Source: Chromera velia (lineage: Eukaryota). From it: a stretch of 50,010 nt of DNA. Location: contig JAHBMJ010000346.1 of NCBI GenBank assembly GCA_018398765.1, positions 1-50,010 on the forward strand, in the 5' to 3' direction. The notes under the pieces are model-generated. The model was not told the origin of the DNA. It saw nothing but the letters and a program-made list of their open reading frames with translations, and did not search any database. Made by a program: the position numbers and the translations under genes. Positions 47,773 through 50,010 of this stretch are shown here, in pieces. The first letter of the stretch is position 1; each line of letters starts with the position of its first letter.

Positions 47773-48933
47773 CTTTGCTGAAGAGCTAGGGTTGCTTTCG
47801 CCATTCTTCCGGTGAGTCTGCAGTTCCGTGAGTCCATGTGAAAACGGGACTAGACCGACTCCAACACTAATTCCGACTCCAAATTTTTTTTAAATATACA
47901 AACAGTTTAAACTAGTTTAAACATATTCAAAATTGTTTAAGTGTATCTTTAGCGATTCTTTTGTTGTTTTTAAAGGTTTTAAATTAGAGTCCGGAGTGTA
48001 TGAGAGTGAAGGTTGGAAGTGTTGTAACACAGTGGCAGGCCGGGCCGGCGGGTCTGCGTGCATGCCGCGTGTGGCATGTAGTGCCGCGCCGTACGTACGT
48101 GCGTCTGTGCCGCGGCCTGCCCCAACCGGCCCGCGCGGGCTGCCACGCTTGACTGACGCACGTATCCCAATCCGAATATTCGGCTGTACGGTAGAAATCC
48201 GATTATATGCTTTTGCAGGCCGAGGCATCTGTCAGAAAGCAAGGAAGAAATTAAAAGATCCCGCTTCATTCCTTTCAGTTATAGCTCCACGTTGCTATGC
48301 AGATTTTCTGTAGAGTGCACTTGTTGTGGGCCTGTCGCTGGGGATCGTACGCCGGTGCTGTAGTGTGGCTACACTTTTGAGGTGGGCTGAGCTTTGCCGT
48401 CTCCTTTTAAACAACACTTTGTATGGGCAAGGGGTTTTAATTGTTATGTCATAAAGACCTGGGTTGATGCATCTGTTTACCCTTTTTCCTTCCTCTTCAT
48501 ACGGTATAGATGCAGGAGTTTGGAACTCTCGCTTGCTTCTGGTGTGCGAAAGGAGTTGCGTTCGTCTCGTCTCTTTAGTCAGTTAGGGGTTGGGCATCTC
48601 TGGGTACAACGTGGCTTCAGTCGGTCAACTCATGTCAGGGAATGATCCACGTGGGTTCTTCTATTCACCCATCCTTCTTTTCACTCTGGCTGCGTGGATG
48701 CAGGGTTTGGTGCTCCCTCGCGTGCTCTCTGGTAAGTTTATCAGGCTGAGCTTGTTTGTCTCACTGCTTGCAAGCCGTTCCATCAGGTCAGAGCATGATG
48801 CACCTCAGACCCTCCCATGCAACTTCATCCTTTTCTTGTTCGGTGGTTGCACGCAGGATCTGGGACCACCTTTTGCCTTTGCTGAGGAGCTGGGGTTGCT
48901 TTCGCCATTCTTCTGGTGAGTCTGCAGTTCCGT
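47773..48933. repeat. Dispersed 57-bp direct repeat (47773-47829 and 48877-48933)
   Basis: CTTTGCTGA(A/G)GAGCT(A/G)GGGTTGCTTTCGCCATTCTT(C/T)CGGTGAGTCTGCAGTTCCGT-like. Three differences, all transitions. Confidence 0.85.
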
Positions 48934-49200
48934 CTCTCTGTGTGGGTCAGTGCATGATGCACTGTTGAGCAGATGTTTGCCTTGAACCGTCGTTTTTGGC
49001 TTTGTTGCCTCTTGGGGATGTGATTGAATGCAGGTTTCGTTCCTTTGATCGTGCTGAAGAGCAGCACTTGGGGCTCCGTCACGGTGTGACGACCATCTCT
49101 CTGGGTCAGTGGTTTGTTTTCATTCGGTCCCTGTCAGTCGCATCGTTTTGCGTCCGTGCCTGTCAGTGAAAATTAGTTAAAGATAGTTAAAGGCATCCAG
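48240..49200 (-). mobile_element. Possible decayed 3' part of an RLE-type (CRE/R2-like) non-LTR retrotransposon
   Basis: Fragments ACNHRTRKG*SCMGGSEVHHALT* (zinc-knuckle-like) are followed by REFQTP..YDITIKTP (reminiscent of the D-V-T motif of restriction-like endonucleases). Heavily broken. Confidence 0.3.
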
Positions 49201-49980
49201 TAGGTACGGTCCAGAAAGAAAGAAGAGAACTTATGGCAACCTGGGAAGAGGCAATGGGAGGAGGGGAAGGATGCTTGTCCTTACTTTCCGTTTGTCTCCC
49301 TTTGAATGTACTGCTTGTCTGCCTGTATTCAGGTCTGCTTTCTATCTTTGAGACTGCACACTGGCACCAGCCCCGGCCCCGATGTATGGATCCCGGCGGA
49401 GACAGAAGGTAGAAGAGGGGGCAAAGAAGTGAGAAGGAGAGCCTCAGGGCAGATCAAGAGAGTGAGCAGACCGGAGCGCTGGCGGGGCTGGGGGGACGTC
49501 CATCGACGGAGGTGGGGGCAAGGACGGGGACAAGGGCGGGGGCCGGGCCCGGGGCCGGGCCATGCCGCGGCTTAGGCCAGGGCCGGCGGCATCACAGGGA
49601 GAAATTAGAGGGAGCAGAGAGACGCCAGCTGGAGGGAGCGGTGAGACGTTTGGGCCGAGTAAATGAACGTCCGCGACTGGCAAAGGAAGCCGGGGGCGAT
49701 CGGGGCCTGGCCTGGCCCGGGCCGGCGGCGTCACAAGGGAGCAGGGCCAGGGCCGGCGGCGTCACAAGTGGCCGGGGTGGCCGGTGCCCGCCGGGAAGGA
49801 CACAGACAATCCGGAGACTCGGAGAGGTCGGTGGGAGAAATTGGTGGGGAGTTAAGGCATAAAAAGTGGATTGCCTAGCTTCGCAAAGGGTGCCGGTGGA
49901 AGCTGCACTGTTCTTTTAGGCCTATTTCACACTTTGTGTTCCGCCTCTCCCTCTCGGATTATGTGAAAAAAATATTTGAC

Positions 49981-50010
49981 GAGGGAGAATTCAGGGCTGA
50001 ATTCTCCCTC
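49981..50010. other. Perfect 14-bp inverted repeat (hairpin)
   Basis: GAGGGAGAATTCAG-GG-CTGAATTCTCCCTC. Confidence 0.9.

Overview
Eukaryotic, intron-rich genomic DNA. Microsatellite-laden GT-AG introns, abundant TGCATGCA and an alveolate MAPK2-like kinase suggest an apicomplexan relative such as a chromerid; this is inference. Hand-splicing supports six host genes: an intronless DHHC palmitoyltransferase, an 18-exon dynamitin (DCTN2), a 9-exon divergent MAPK-like kinase with a duplicated unknown N-terminal domain and a 64-bp frameshifting insertion, a PhyH-type 2OG/Fe(II) dioxygenase ending in a CaaX box, a putatively myristoylated protein with four CxxC..HxxC modules, and a DUR3 urea transporter. 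Between them lie decayed transposons: Ty3/gypsy at the left edge, a triple-nested MITE stack, an RNase H-bearing non-LTR remnant, a 5'-truncated Ty1/copia and small MITEs. The most striking signal is that the repeats appear inactivated mainly by C->T/G->A transitions, often CpA->TpA. The two LTR elements carry 20 in-frame stops but only about one frameshift each, a pattern resembling fungal repeat-induced point mutation (RIP). All gene models and counts are by eye and need computational confirmation.
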